Part shown: piece after piece, positions 24,055 to 33,636 of the stretch
Layout of the letters: the number at the start of each line of letters is the position of its first letter
Numbering within the stretch: the stretch's first letter is position 1
From: Candidatus Adlerbacteria bacterium
Lineage (GTDB): Bacteria; Patescibacteriota; Minisyncoccia; Phycocordibacterales; SBAW01
Reading direction: 5' to 3'
Assembly (NCBI GenBank): GCA_028286785.1
Contig: JAQBQX010000007.1
Location: 1 to 61,319, forward strand
Length of the DNA stretch: 61,319 bases
Notes under the pieces: model-generated
Told to the model about the DNA's origin: nothing
Databases searched by the model: none
What the model saw: the letters and a program-made list of their open reading frames with translations, nothing else
Translations under genes and position numbers: made by a program

Positions 24055-24521
24055 TATATAACTGATGTCGACTTGTCTGGATCGGTCGGGAGCTGTAGGC
24101 ACACCCACGGGTCGGGGCCGGTAAAATCTTCGCTAAAGTAGATTTGGCGATGTTTGTCCACAGTGGCCCACTGCGAGTTCATCCTGGGCAGAGGTACCTT
24201 GAGTGTTGAAAACACACTGGCCGGTTTGTGCACACAGGCATGCTTGTTTTTCACGGCCAAAGTGACGATGCCGTGGCCTACTGCAATCACATCATCAAGT
24301 TTGAGATTGCTGATGTCCAGGCGCTCGTCTTCTTCGATAAAGTGCGGATTGATCCTCTTTGCAAAGACATACAGTGCAAGCTGGAACAGCGGCTGCTTGC
24401 ACTTTTCGTATGCCGTTGAAAATACGAGCTTGCCGCCTCGCGCCGATGACTCGGCCCGTACATACTCTCCTGAGCGGTATGCCCTAACAATGAGTCGTTC
24501 GCATCTATGTGCGATATGCAT
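24054..24521 (-). CDS. hypothetical protein
   Basis: 155-aa ORF with SD GGAGGAA upstream. No recognisable motifs. Confidence 0.55.
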   Translation of the reverse strand: MHIAHRCERLIVRAYRSGEYVRAESSARGGKLVFSTAYEKCKQPLFQLALYVFAKRINPHFIEEDERLDISNLKLDDVIAVGHGIVTLAVKNKHACVHKPASVFSTLKVPLPRMNSQWATVDKHRQIYFSEDFTGPDPWVCLQLPTDPDKSTSVI

Positions 24522-24560
24522 ATGTTCCTCCGGTTCTATCCTTCAGGATTCTACAATATT

Positions 24561-26801
24561 TTACTCAAAGTGCAAGTTTTTGGTTCGGCGCACAAGTGCC
24601 TCGGCAAGCATTGGGTGCCGGGCGAGTGTTTCGTCTTGCTTGATAAGCTCGAGCGCTTCGGTGCGGGCTGCCTCGACGAGCTTGAGGTTTTTCAGAGCCT
24701 CCATACCAATGTCGGAAATGCCCCATTGTTTGCGGCCTGACAACTCGCCAGGGCCGCGCTGCATGAGGTCTTTCTCGGCCAGTTCAAATCCGTTTTTGGC
24801 GGTGACAAGCGCACGCAGGCGCGCCATGGTTTGCTCGCCCTTGCTTTCAGGACAGACAAAACAATACGCCTGGTGGTTGCTGCGTACCACACGCCCGCGC
24901 AGCTGATGCAATTGCGACAGGCCAAAGCGCTCGGCGCCCTCAATCATAATGAGCGTTGCGTTGGGTACGTTAACGCCGACCTCGACCACAGATGTTGCGA
25001 CCAAGATATCGGTTTTGTGTTCCGAAAACTTTTTCATGACCTCGTCTTTTTTGGCTGGGGTCATCTTGCTGTGCAAAATGTCGATCTCGAAATCGGAAAA
25101 GACTTCTTTTTTCAATCGCTTGGCTTCGGCAGTGACCGACTTGGCCATAAGCGCAAATGCTTTGTCTGGGTCGGGTTCGTCGATGCGCGGGCAAATGATA
25201 TACGCCTGGCGGCCAGCCTCAAGCTCTTCGCGGATTTTGTTGTATGCCTTGAAGCGGCTTTCGGGCTTGATGATTTCGGTAATGATCGGTTTGCGCCCCG
25301 GGGGCATCTGGTCGAGCAGGGTCAGGTCGAGGTCTCCATATATAGTAAGCGCGAGCGTGCGCGGGATCGGGGTCGCAGTCATCGACAGAAGGTGGGGAAG
25401 CTTATCTTCTTTCCGTGCCAACATGCGGCGCTGGTTGGTGCCAAAGCGATGCTGCTCGTCGATAACGACAAGTGCCAAATGCTTAAACTGCACCGACTTT
25501 TGAATGAGCGCGTGCGTGCCGATAACAACGGGGATCTCGCCATTCTGGACCCACTTCAAAAGCTGGGTGCGCGATATCGCCGTGGCGCCACCGCGCTTTA
25601 CCTTGGATGGGAACTTAAAGCAGCCCGACCCGGTGATGAGCCCGATGTTAATGGGGAACTGCTCAAAGTATTTGATGAACGACTCGAAGTGCTGCTTGGC
25701 CAAGATTTCGGTCGGGGCCATGTACGCCACCTGCAGAGTACCGAACTTTTGCCCCGCTGGCCGGGTGCGCACGGTCGCAAACGCAGCGGTCGCAGCCACC
25801 GCGGTCTTGCCGCTGCCTACGTCGCCTTCGAGCAATCGCGACATCGGCGTGCCACTTTTCATATCCTTGAGTATCGCGTTGATAGCGTGCATCTGCGCTG
25901 GTGTCGCCGTAAAGGGGAAGTCCGCCATGAACGCTTGGACCTCTGATGCAGAAACTTCGATGGGAAAGCTTTTTTCGTGGCGTTGCTGTGCACGATCGCG
26001 TCCGCGCTCGAGCTGGATCAAAAACACTTCTTCGAACGCAAAGCGCTTGCGGGCGGCCTCGGCATCTTTAAGAGTCTTGGGCGTATGCACCCACACCAGC
26101 GCGGTAGTAAGTGTCGGCAAGTGGTAGCGCTTCAGCAATTCGGATGGGATCGGGTCGTGGATCTGGTCGAGTACGCCGTTTGCAAGGACTTTCGCTACCG
26201 CATGCAAAAACCACAGCGACGTGACCCCGCGGCTTTCTGGATAGACCGCAAAGAGTTGGTGTTCATCAGAAACCTTCTCTGAAAAAGGTCCTCGGGTCGT
26301 TCCTTCGGACTCAACCAGACCATTTTCCATAGAAGCTTTCTGCTCCTGTTGCTGCCCGAACAATCCGCCGCTGACGTTTGCTTCCATTTCCGCCAACGTT
26401 ATTTTTTCAAGCCTTGGGTTTGCCAGGTACAGCTTGCCGGCACTGCCTGTTACTTTGCCGACAGCACGCACGGTCGTGCCCTCGGCATACATCTTTGCGA
26501 TGTACGGCTGGTTGAACCACATGCATTTGATCTTGCCGCTTGCGTCTTGTATGACGCCCTCGGACACAGGTATTTTTCGCTTCCAGGACTTTTTGGTCTG
26601 CAGTTTTTGGAGCGTGCCGACAATGGTGACTTCGCTGCCGACTACCAAATTGCCGATGTCGGCCGAACTTCCTCCCATATCGTAGCGGCTAGGGAAATGG
26701 AACAGGAGGTCCTGCACGGTCACAAGCCCCAGGCGCTTGAGAGCCTCTTTGTGTGGTTCAGTCAGGCGGAAGTGGTCAGTAATGTGGTCAGCCGGGCGCA
26801 T
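24561..26801 (-). CDS. recG: ATP-dependent DNA helicase RecG
   Basis: OB-wedge N-terminus, helicase motifs RLLEGDVGSGKT, VVIDEQHRFG, SMTATPIPRTL and QLHQLRGRVVR. Start at internal Met 26801 to avoid overlap with the divergent gene. Confidence 0.9.
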   Translation of the reverse strand: MRPADHITDHFRLTEPHKEALKRLGLVTVQDLLFHFPSRYDMGGSSADIGNLVVGSEVTIVGTLQKLQTKKSWKRKIPVSEGVIQDASGKIKCMWFNQPYIAKMYAEGTTVRAVGKVTGSAGKLYLANPRLEKITLAEMEANVSGGLFGQQQEQKASMENGLVESEGTTRGPFSEKVSDEHQLFAVYPESRGVTSLWFLHAVAKVLANGVLDQIHDPIPSELLKRYHLPTLTTALVWVHTPKTLKDAEAARKRFAFEEVFLIQLERGRDRAQQRHEKSFPIEVSASEVQAFMADFPFTATPAQMHAINAILKDMKSGTPMSRLLEGDVGSGKTAVAATAAFATVRTRPAGQKFGTLQVAYMAPTEILAKQHFESFIKYFEQFPINIGLITGSGCFKFPSKVKRGGATAISRTQLLKWVQNGEIPVVIGTHALIQKSVQFKHLALVVIDEQHRFGTNQRRMLARKEDKLPHLLSMTATPIPRTLALTIYGDLDLTLLDQMPPGRKPIITEIIKPESRFKAYNKIREELEAGRQAYIICPRIDEPDPDKAFALMAKSVTAEAKRLKKEVFSDFEIDILHSKMTPAKKDEVMKKFSEHKTDILVATSVVEVGVNVPNATLIMIEGAERFGLSQLHQLRGRVVRSNHQAYCFVCPESKGEQTMARLRALVTAKNGFELAEKDLMQRGPGELSGRKQWGISDIGMEALKNLKLVEAARTEALELIKQDETLARHPMLAEALVRRTKNLHFE

Positions 26802-26820
26802 TCCTAGTATTATACGAGAT

Positions 26821-27960
26821 ATGGCACAAGATATCTCCAAAAAGGCGCTCGCATTACATAAGGAGTTGGGCGGCAAGGTGCGCATGGAACCAGCGATGAA
26901 GGTCCGTACCCGCGACGAGCTTTCTCTTATATATACGCCGGGCGTTGCGGCGGTCTCGACCTTTGTGGCCAAAAACCCGCGACTTGCGCGCGACTACACC
27001 ATGAAAGGGAAAATGGTCGCGGTCATCTCCGACGGCTCGGCAGTGCTGGGGCTCGGCAACATCGGGCCGCTTGGCGCTCTGCCAGTGATGGAAGGCAAGT
27101 GCGCCCTGTTCAAGAGCTTTGGAAATGTCGATGCGTTCCCGATTGTGCTTGATACCCAAGATCCAAAAGAAATCATTGAAACAATTATTCGCATAGCGCC
27201 GGGCTTTGGCGGCATCAACCTCGAAGACTTTGCAGCGCCCAATTGTTTTGAAATAGAGGACGCTCTTAAAGCCAAGCTCGATATCCCGGTCATGCACGAC
27301 GACCAGCACGGCACGGCCATTGCTGTGTTGGCCGCACTGATGAATGCCGCCAAGGTGGTGAACAAAAAGTTCAGCAGCTTGAGCGTCGTTGTCTCGGGCG
27401 CGGGCGCAGCGGGCACTGCCATTTCAAAACTCTTGGTGCAGGCAGGTATCGAAGACATTGTGGTCCTGGACAGCAAAGGCATCATCAACCTGGTGCGCAA
27501 GAACCTTACTCCGCATAAAAAAGAGCTGGCAAAGATGACCAACCGCCGCGGTTTGCACGGCGGACTCGAGGAAGCTCTTGCTGATGCCGATGTGCTCATC
27601 GGTGTCTCGGGCCCAGGGCTGTTGGGTGCCAAGCAGATCAAGCTCATGGCGCAGAAGGCGATTGTCTTTGCGATGGCCAACCCGGTACCGGAAATCATGC
27701 CCGAAGAAGCCGCAAAAGGTGGGGCCATGGTCATCGGTACGGGTCGCAGCGATTACCCCAACCAGATCAACAACTCGCTCGTGTTTCCGGGTGTGTTCCG
27801 CGGCGCACTTGATAATCGTGTCACCAAAATCACCGACAAGATGAAGCTCCAGGCTGCTAAAAACTTGGCTGCGCTGGTGCCGAACCCGACCGCCCTTAAA
27901 ATTGTCCCAGGACCCTTTGAAAAGGGCATTGCCGAGGCAGTAGCTAAAGCAATTAAATAA
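26821..27960 (+). CDS. maeB: NAD(P)-dependent malic enzyme (short form)
   Basis: LSLIYTPGVAAVS, AVISDGSAVLGLGNIGPLGALPVMEGK, NLEDFAAPNCFEIE, HDDQHGTA, VSGAGAAG. Confidence 0.88.
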   Translation: MAQDISKKALALHKELGGKVRMEPAMKVRTRDELSLIYTPGVAAVSTFVAKNPRLARDYTMKGKMVAVISDGSAVLGLGNIGPLGALPVMEGKCALFKSFGNVDAFPIVLDTQDPKEIIETIIRIAPGFGGINLEDFAAPNCFEIEDALKAKLDIPVMHDDQHGTAIAVLAALMNAAKVVNKKFSSLSVVVSGAGAAGTAISKLLVQAGIEDIVVLDSKGIINLVRKNLTPHKKELAKMTNRRGLHGGLEEALADADVLIGVSGPGLLGAKQIKLMAQKAIVFAMANPVPEIMPEEAAKGGAMVIGTGRSDYPNQINNSLVFPGVFRGALDNRVTKITDKMKLQAAKNLAALVPNPTALKIVPGPFEKGIAEAVAKAIK

Positions 27961-27993
27961 GGAAAGGATAGGCACTCTCATCCGTCACATTAT

Positions 27994-28533
27994 ATGAAGG
28001 ACACGCATCAGGACTTTGCGGCAGCATTCGAGGCACACGCCGACGAGCTTTTCCGCCATGCAGCGATGCGCTTGTCCGACCGCGAACGTGCGGTAGAGTT
28101 AACCCAGGAAGCCTTCATAAAAGCATGGGAATACGTGAACCGTGGGGAAGAGGTACGAGAGTATAGGCCGTTTCTCTTCCGGGTGCTGCGTAACCTCATC
28201 ATTGATGAATACCGCAGACACACCCCGGTTTCGCTGGAAGGCCTCGCTCATCCAGAGGAAGGCCACACTATCGAAGACATCTTGCCCGCAGATGACAGCA
28301 ACACGCTGGACAAAGCTATGGACCGGTTCGAGGCCGGCAGAGCAGTAGAGGCTCTCGCGATGATGCCAGAGCCCTATAAAGAAGTCCTGACCATGCGCTT
28401 TATCGACGGTTTTACTCCCAAGGAAATCGCACAGATGCTCGACGAGACAGAAAACGTAGTCTCTGTGCGCATCCACCGAGGGGTCAAGAAACTCCGCGAA
28501 GCGCTCGAAGCACCACCCCAAGAAACCCAATGA
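27994..28533 (+). CDS. ECF-type RNA polymerase sigma factor
   Basis: Region 2 (ELTQEAFIKAWEY...FLFRVLRNLIIDEYRR) and region 4 (MRFIDGFTPKEIAQMLDETENVVSVRIHRGVKKLRE). Confidence 0.85.
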   Translation: MKDTHQDFAAAFEAHADELFRHAAMRLSDRERAVELTQEAFIKAWEYVNRGEEVREYRPFLFRVLRNLIIDEYRRHTPVSLEGLAHPEEGHTIEDILPADDSNTLDKAMDRFEAGRAVEALAMMPEPYKEVLTMRFIDGFTPKEIAQMLDETENVVSVRIHRGVKKLREALEAPPQETQ

Positions 28534-29789
28534 CACACTTTAATGAAAAAATGCAACACGAGCTGCGCAATGTGCGGCTCAGCGACCAAGAAAAGCGCGC
28601 AATCCGCACGCGGCTTTTTGATGTCATGAATCCGCCCGCGGTCGTGACGCCGTACGTGTTTATGTCGCGTATCAGCCTCGCGTTTTCAGCAATCGTGCTG
28701 TTGCTGTTGGGAAGTGGCGGATACACGGCTTACGCAGCACAAGGCGCGCTGCCGGGCGATACGCTGTACCCGGTCAAGGTTTCGGTCAACGAAACAGTGG
28801 AAGGTGCATTGGCATTTTCTACACCGGCCAAGGCACAGTGGCACGCTACTGTTGCCGAGCGCCGCGTTGCCGAGGCAGAGACTCTTGCAAGCAAGGGCAA
28901 ACTTTCAACTGCCGCAGCGGCGCAGATTTCCGCAAACCTCGACGACCATGCCGAACAAGCTCAGGCGCTGACTGTTGTCATTGCTGTCACTGACCCAGGC
29001 ACTGCCACACAGATCTCAACTGAGCTTTCCTCGGTTCTTGATGCACACGAACAAGTGCTTGCCGAGCTTTCTGATACATCAACTAGCACCGAGACCAAGG
29101 CAAACTCCAGCAAGCTGGCAGTAACCTTGCGTACATACTCGAACGTTCTTGCGGCTATCTCTTCATCGACCAGCACCGTGCGCACTGGTCCGGTTGTCGC
29201 GCTTGGTGCACAAAACAAGCAGAACAATAAGAACGCCAAGCAAGCTGCAACCTTTGCGCCTGCAGTTGCAACCAGTGCACAAGCAACAGGTGAGGCAACT
29301 ACGAGTGACACTGCGCGCACCATGATGATGGCTGCCCCTGCAGATGACACTGCCACAGCAAGCGAGGATGTTTCTCTAGAAGAGCAGCATGCAACTGACA
29401 CTAATATGCGCACCGCGATCAAACTGCAGGCAAGTGCTACAACCCAACTCAAGGCGGCCCGTACCAGCTTCGCAAAATTGAAGCCGACACTTTCGACCAC
29501 GACGGTTGCAAGCATCACAGCCAAGTTTGCCGTCATGGACCAGCAAATTGCCAGCAGCAGTGCCGCCATCGTGTCCAAGGACTATGAAGCAGCTATCAAG
29601 GGCTTTACGGTAGTGCTGCGCACATCGACCTACATTTCTACATACCTGAGTGTCGGCAAGCAGCTCACGCCTGCCATCGTATCTCCCATATTGGAAAAGC
29701 AGTCGTCCGGCGACAGCTCAGACACTGACAACAGCGGCAGCGGAAAAGGGGTAGTCAACAGTGTCATCCAAAACATCTTGGGTCATTAG
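28530..29789 (+). CDS. putative anti-sigma/membrane-anchored protein (Ala/Thr-rich ectodomain)
   Basis: ATGA start/stop overlap with the sigma gene suggests translational coupling. One TM helix (ISLAFSAIVLLLLGSGG). Role inferred from context only. Confidence 0.45.
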   Translation: MTHFNEKMQHELRNVRLSDQEKRAIRTRLFDVMNPPAVVTPYVFMSRISLAFSAIVLLLLGSGGYTAYAAQGALPGDTLYPVKVSVNETVEGALAFSTPAKAQWHATVAERRVAEAETLASKGKLSTAAAAQISANLDDHAEQAQALTVVIAVTDPGTATQISTELSSVLDAHEQVLAELSDTSTSTETKANSSKLAVTLRTYSNVLAAISSSTSTVRTGPVVALGAQNKQNNKNAKQAATFAPAVATSAQATGEATTSDTARTMMMAAPADDTATASEDVSLEEQHATDTNMRTAIKLQASATTQLKAARTSFAKLKPTLSTTTVASITAKFAVMDQQIASSSAAIVSKDYEAAIKGFTVVLRTSTYISTYLSVGKQLTPAIVSPILEKQSSGDSSDTDNSGSGKGVVNSVIQNILGH

Positions 29790-29904
29790 GCCTCGGGTAA
29801 GACTTGTCGAGAATCGGATAAACAAACTCTGCCGCTCCTATGAGCGGCTTTTTATATCTCTTTGATATGATACAGTGTGAGTCTAGTAATAATATTTACA
29901 CTAT

Positions 29905-30255
29905 ATGAACAAATTTTTAGTGCTCTACATGGCGCCTGCCGCCACTATGAAAGAGTGGATGGAAAAGCCAGAAGCCGAACGTAAAGAGAGTCAGGACAAA
30001 ATGGAAACCGAGTGGAACCAGTGGATGGCAGCTCATGCAGCCTCTATGATAGAGACTGCCGGGGCAGGCAAGACCACGCAAGTGAGCGCAGAGGGCGCCA
30101 AAGAAGTAACCAACGACGTCATGATGTACTCGCTGGTCAATGGCGAAAGCAAAGAAGCTGTCGCGGCTATGTTTGTTGGTCACCCGCATTTCATGATCCC
30201 GGGCGCAACAATTGATATCATGCCAGCCAACATGATCCCAGGCATGGCGAAATAA
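29905..30255 (+). CDS. hypothetical protein
   Basis: 116-aa ORF followed by a terminator. No family recognised. Confidence 0.5.
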   Translation: MNKFLVLYMAPAATMKEWMEKPEAERKESQDKMETEWNQWMAAHAASMIETAGAGKTTQVSAEGAKEVTNDVMMYSLVNGESKEAVAAMFVGHPHFMIPGATIDIMPANMIPGMAK

Positions 30256-30275
30256 ATTCCTCATAATAGAGAAAG

Positions 30276-30301
30276 AAAAAGAGGCGCGGGTGCGCCTCTT
30301 A
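30276..30301. terminator. bidirectional terminator
   Basis: AGAGGCGC / GGGT / GCGCCTCT flanked by A- and T-rich runs. Confidence 0.65.
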
Positions 30302-30709
30302 TGCTGTTAGTGGTTTTTGTGCGTAGTTAAACCGCACCCGCATGCCCGGCAAGCTCTTCATGATCAGTTTATGCAGCTCTTGGGGGACGCCGAAGGTGGT
30401 GATGTCCGCCTCGGCTTTCTGACCCGGCACTAGGATAATGCGAACCTGGGCGACAATCTTGCCGTCGCCATAGAGCTCGGCGCAATCGAGCCGTGCGTTG
30501 TACCTGGTGCGCATGCGCCACATGCGGCGCGACAGGTCTCCGGCAATGTCGTCAATTGAATACCGGTAGTTCTTGAGCGGTACTTTCTCGACGCCTTCCC
30601 AGGGGTCAAGAAACCCCAACCTTTCGCCGACTGTCCGCATCAGCGTCTCTAGGGACTTTTTCACTGTTTCGACTGTCCGCATCAGCTTCTTTAGGAACGT
30701 TTTCTTCAC
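30299..30709 (-). CDS. hypothetical protein (136 aa)
   Basis: GTG start at 30709 with GGGAGGAA 5 nt upstream. The upstream part of the ORF-track ORF lies in repeat/promoter DNA. It contains a 17-nt perfect direct repeat (30628-30644 and 30670-30686) that encodes LMRTV twice. Confidence 0.55.
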   Translation of the reverse strand: MKKTFLKKLMRTVETVKKSLETLMRTVGERLGFLDPWEGVEKVPLKNYRYSIDDIAGDLSRRMWRMRTRYNARLDCAELYGDGKIVAQVRIILVPGQKAEADITTFGVPQELHKLIMKSLPGMRVRFNYAQKPLTA

Positions 30710-30749
30710 TGCTTCCTCCCGTCTGGTAGTAGCTTCTCCTTCTGCCCAG

Positions 30750-30778
30750 AGCGTACCGCAATTCCGTGGCAGGGTAAA
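30750..30778 (-). promoter_or_regulatory. promoter (duplicated module, copy 1)
   Basis: Minus strand TTTACC, 17 nt, TACGCT, within CTTTACCCTGCCACGGAATTGCGGTACGCT. Homologous to 31397-31425. Confidence 0.45.
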
Positions 30779-30783
30779 GTATG

Positions 30784-30884
30784 GCGTCTGGCAGCGTCTG
30801 GAAAATCCCAGACATAAGTGTGCCCTTATCCTGGACGTAAGTGTTCCCAGCATCTGGCATATCCCAGATGTAAGTGTTCCCTTA
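30784..30884 (-). repeat. box element copy C (three boxes plus CCAGAC tail)
   Basis: Boxes at 30862-30884, 30829-30849 and 30806-30828, and tail 30784-30801 (minus-strand reading). Near-identical to copy B. Confidence 0.85.
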
Positions 30885-30909
30885 AAAAGCGCGCCCGGGT
30901 GGGCGCGCT
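30884..30909 (-). terminator. rho-independent terminator
   Basis: Minus strand AGCGCGCCC / ACCC / GGGCGCGCT followed by TTTTT. Confidence 0.7.
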
Positions 30910-30916
30910 GTGTTAG

Positions 30917-31384
30917 TTATTGTGCAGGGACAAGCGAGTCGGCGCGAAACTGCGCAAGATCCGCCTGCGCTTTGTCGAACCTTTCACCTTCGTAACGAGA
31001 CTTAAAGTACACCTTGCCTTGAGGGTCGATGCAGCAGACCAGCTCGACCCGTATGCTGTTGTGCAGCGAGACTTCGCACTCGGGACAAGTCCCGGGCAAG
31101 TTGCGATGGTCGTGGAAGATGATCGATACCTTGGTAGGGGTGTCGTGCAGTTCCTGGACCAAGTGCCGCGCAGTGAGGTGCTCTTCGCCCACTTTGTATC
31201 GCCGGTCGGGGTGAGCCAACAAGTGGGCCGCAATAAGCGACTCGAGTTCGTGGGGTGGCATAGCCCGCAAACGGGCCGTAAACAGCGACTCGAGTGTCGA
31301 GGTGTTGTGCTCTGTATATTCCTTCATTTCCGTAGGCATTCCAGCATTCCTTACGCCGCGCAAACCCGCGCGCTGGGTACTCAT
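30917..31384 (-). CDS. hypothetical protein (contains CPEC...C motif)
   Basis: 155-aa ORF. Start uncertain: ATG 31384, close to the predicted promoter, or the internal MPTEMKEY. Confidence 0.5.
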   Translation of the reverse strand: MSTQRAGLRGVRNAGMPTEMKEYTEHNTSTLESLFTARLRAMPPHELESLIAAHLLAHPDRRYKVGEEHLTARHLVQELHDTPTKVSIIFHDHRNLPGTCPECEVSLHNSIRVELVCCIDPQGKVYFKSRYEGERFDKAQADLAQFRADSLVPAQ

Positions 31385-31396
31385 ACTCTGCAGTAA

Positions 31397-31425
31397 AGCC
31401 TACAGCAATTCCGGGGCAGGGTAAA
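31397..31425 (-). promoter_or_regulatory. promoter (duplicated module, copy 2)
   Basis: Minus strand TTTACC, 17 nt, TAGGCT, within CTTTACCCTGCCCCGGAATTGCTGTAGGCT. Confidence 0.4.
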
Positions 31426-31461
31426 GACACAAAAAAGGCGCCCAATCGGCGCTTTTTTCTA

Positions 31462-31551
31462 TGGCGGAGAGTGAGGGATTCGAACCCTCGGTCCAGTTCC
31501 CCGGACAACAACTTAGCAGGTTGCTCCATTCGACCGCTCTGGCAACTCTCC
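31462..31551 (-). tRNA. tRNA-Ser (anticodon GCU)
   Basis: Minus strand GGAGAGTTGCCAGAGCGGTCGAATGGAGCAACCTGCTAAGTTG...long variable arm...GAGGGTTCGAATCCCTCACTCTCCGCCA. Anticodon loop CTGCTAA. CCA is encoded. Confidence 0.85.
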
Positions 31552-31843
31552 GTGTGTCTTACCTTATCATTTTTTGCCCTCATTACCAAACCTTTCCTCA
31601 AGCCCAAAAGCGCCCTTTAGAGGGGCGCTGTTTTATTGCATAGATGAATTTCCTCTATTTATTTTTTGCTGGCTTACGGTCTGGTTTGATACCCCTATTT
31701 TTTACGACACCCTCAAGTCGGGATGCCATGTTGTGCCTGTTTGCTGCGTCGTGCTTGTGCTGTTTATGCAGAGGCACAGCCGTAGATTTTTTGATTCCTT
31801 TCATGCGCCCATTTTCGCACTCTGGCGCTAAAGAGGGGATGAA

Positions 31844-31885
31844 CAAATAAAAGAAACCGCCCGACTTTTTTCAAAGTCGGGCGGG
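31844..31885 (-). terminator. 42-bp perfectly duplicated terminator module, copy 1
   Basis: CAAATAAAAGAAACCGCCCGACTTTTTTCAAAGTCGGGCGGG. On the minus strand the hairpin CCGCCCGACTTT/AAAGTCGGGCGG is followed by a T-rich tail, immediately downstream of 31896..32369. Confidence 0.75.
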
Positions 31886-31895
31886 TGGGGTGAGT

Positions 31896-32369
31896 TTACG
31901 CTGCAGCTGCTTCTTCGGGGCGAACATACAGTTTGGTGAGCGAAAGCTCTTTGATGAGCTGCCTGCGCCACACTGCCCGCTCCATATGTTCTTTTCGGCT
32001 GCTCCAGGACGAAATCTTTTTCGAAGCCTCCCTCTGCAGGTTTTCAATAATTATTGATGTGTCGACCCGGTCGAGATAATAGGCGAGAGACAACACCGCC
32101 GCGTCATCGGCTGGTTTGAACGTTGAGCAGACAATTTCGCCGGTCGCACAGTCGATCAGGTTGCAATACTGTTGACCGGTCGAGAAATGCAGCGACCACA
32201 AACCCAAGCGGTAGCAACGCGAGTAGAATTCTGGATATCTGCCGCGGCCGTCGGCCTGCAGCGCCAGCCACGGGATACGGCGCCAACTTTCCTGTTGCCC
32301 CCGGACATAGTCGCGGATGTCAGCCACGAGCTGCTTCTTGGCTGTATTGATTGCGGTAAGCTTGTCCAC
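31896..32369 (-). CDS. hypothetical protein (157 aa)
   Basis: GTG start at 32369 with AGGAGG 5 nt upstream. No family recognised. Confidence 0.5.
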   Translation of the reverse strand: MDKLTAINTAKKQLVADIRDYVRGQQESWRRIPWLALQADGRGRYPEFYSRCYRLGLWSLHFSTGQQYCNLIDCATGEIVCSTFKPADDAAVLSLAYYLDRVDTSIIIENLQREASKKISSWSSRKEHMERAVWRRQLIKELSLTKLYVRPEEAAAA

Positions 32370-32426
32370 GTGCGCCTCCTGTAAAGAGCGATACCTGCTC
32401 GAGCATATCAGATGTCCACAAACAGG

Positions 32427-32468
32427 CAAATAAAAGAAACCGCCCGACTTTTTTCAAAGTCGGGCGGG
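32427..32468 (-). terminator. 42-bp perfectly duplicated terminator module, copy 2
   Basis: Identical to 31844-31885, immediately downstream of 32492..33076. Confidence 0.75.
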
Positions 32469-32491
32469 AAGTGTGAACGTGAGCTTGGAGC

Positions 32492-33076
32492 TCAGATGAT
32501 GGCGAGAATTGTCTGGCTGGTAGCCAGAACTTGCCGCGAGGAGACGAACGCCTCTTCAATCGGAGTTTTGTCCGCGACCGAAAAGACAGTCAGCAGCGAC
32601 TTCATGCGACGCAGGTGATATTTGCCGCGCGGAGTATAGTCGTTGCCGGCTGGGAAGAGGAATATGCCGTGATAGCACATGACCTCGATATAGACCCGGT
32701 GCTCGGTGGGCAACTCCGCCCGGACATGCACTGTGCGCAGGCGCAGGTCAGGCTGACATGTGCCTCGGCTGTGGAAGAAGTAGTACATGAACTGCCGAAA
32801 CGCATCTTCCTGGCCGTCGCGATCGGTGGCCTTTGTCGTCATGAATTTCTTTTTGTTGCGTTGGGCCATATGGCCCTTGAATTCGGTTTCGAGGCCGAAC
32901 GGGTGTGCAGTGATCTCAGCAAGGTTGTGCACCATGCTGTGGATCGCGCCGTCAAAAACCAACTTGTCGTCGGCGTACACCGACAGGCCTTCTTTGATAG
33001 AGCTGATCTCTTTGCCAAACAGGGCATAGGCGAGCCGGTTGCGGACGTGAGCAACGATTTTGCGAGCGAAATTCAT
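32492..33076 (-). CDS. hypothetical protein (194 aa)
   Basis: ATG 33076 preceded by ACAGGAGAA and by a near-consensus promoter. The ORF-track upstream extension was discarded. Confidence 0.6.
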   Translation of the reverse strand: MNFARKIVAHVRNRLAYALFGKEISSIKEGLSVYADDKLVFDGAIHSMVHNLAEITAHPFGLETEFKGHMAQRNKKKFMTTKATDRDGQEDAFRQFMYYFFHSRGTCQPDLRLRTVHVRAELPTEHRVYIEVMCYHGIFLFPAGNDYTPRGKYHLRRMKSLLTVFSVADKTPIEEAFVSSRQVLATSQTILAII

Positions 33077-33116
33077 GCGATTTCTCCTGTTGTGATGAAC
33101 TCTGTACCTACCTATA

Positions 33117-33145
33117 ATCATACACCTAAATACCCCTTTTGTCAA
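33117..33145 (-). promoter_or_regulatory. near-consensus sigma70 promoter
   Basis: Minus strand TTGACA (33140-33145), 17-nt spacer, TATGAT (33117-33122). Confidence 0.65.
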
Positions 33146-33153
33146 GTACCCCC

Positions 33154-33186
33154 GTCTGGCATATCCCAGACATAAGTGTTCCCTTA
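33154..33186 (-). repeat. box element copy E
   Basis: GTCTGGCATATCCCAGACATAAGTGTTCCCTTA, immediately upstream of the -35 at 33140-33145. The box proper is 33164-33186. Confidence 0.85.
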
Positions 33187-33263
33187 AAACCCCTGTATTT
33201 AGGCCTTTATTCCTGGACATCAAAATTCTAGAGGGTAGTATAGGTGGCGGCAGTAAAAGGGAG

Positions 33264-33611
33264 ATGGCAATGACTCCATTTGAAGAGTTTTCTAAAGAAG
33301 TCGATGCGCTTACCGCGGCCCACAAGCGAAGTCGCCTTTCGCGCTTTGTCATGTGGGTCGAGTATCGTAGGCGCCGATGGAGCAATGATCCCATGCAGTT
33401 TCGTATGGTGGAAACCGAGGGGAAGCCGGTGGGTGACTCTATGGACGTCTACCACATGAGCCTGCATGACATGATGCACCACGAAGTGTGCGGCCAGCTC
33501 ACGGCCGAGGTCCTGCTGAAGGGCCGGCGTATTAATGCGTTTTCTCGCGGGGCGTACAAGCAGATGGAAGATCTGGTCGGTAGGATAACCATCCAGCCCC
33601 GGTGGGTCTAA
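33264..33611 (+). CDS. hypothetical protein (115 aa)
   Basis: SD AAGGGAG upstream. His/Met-rich central segment. No family recognised. Confidence 0.5.
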   Translation: MAMTPFEEFSKEVDALTAAHKRSRLSRFVMWVEYRRRRWSNDPMQFRMVETEGKPVGDSMDVYHMSLHDMMHHEVCGQLTAEVLLKGRRINAFSRGAYKQMEDLVGRITIQPRWV

Positions 33612-33636
33612 CCTACCCCAAGCCGCCCTGATGCGG

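Noticed and set aside
31644-31850. Small ORFs between tRNA-Ser and the first 42-bp terminator (68 aa on plus, 63 aa on minus)
   Set aside because: They are mutually antisense, neither has an SD or a clear promoter, and their composition is unremarkable. This stretch of about 290 bp is left unannotated; it could hold a small gene or RNA, but the evidence is insufficient.
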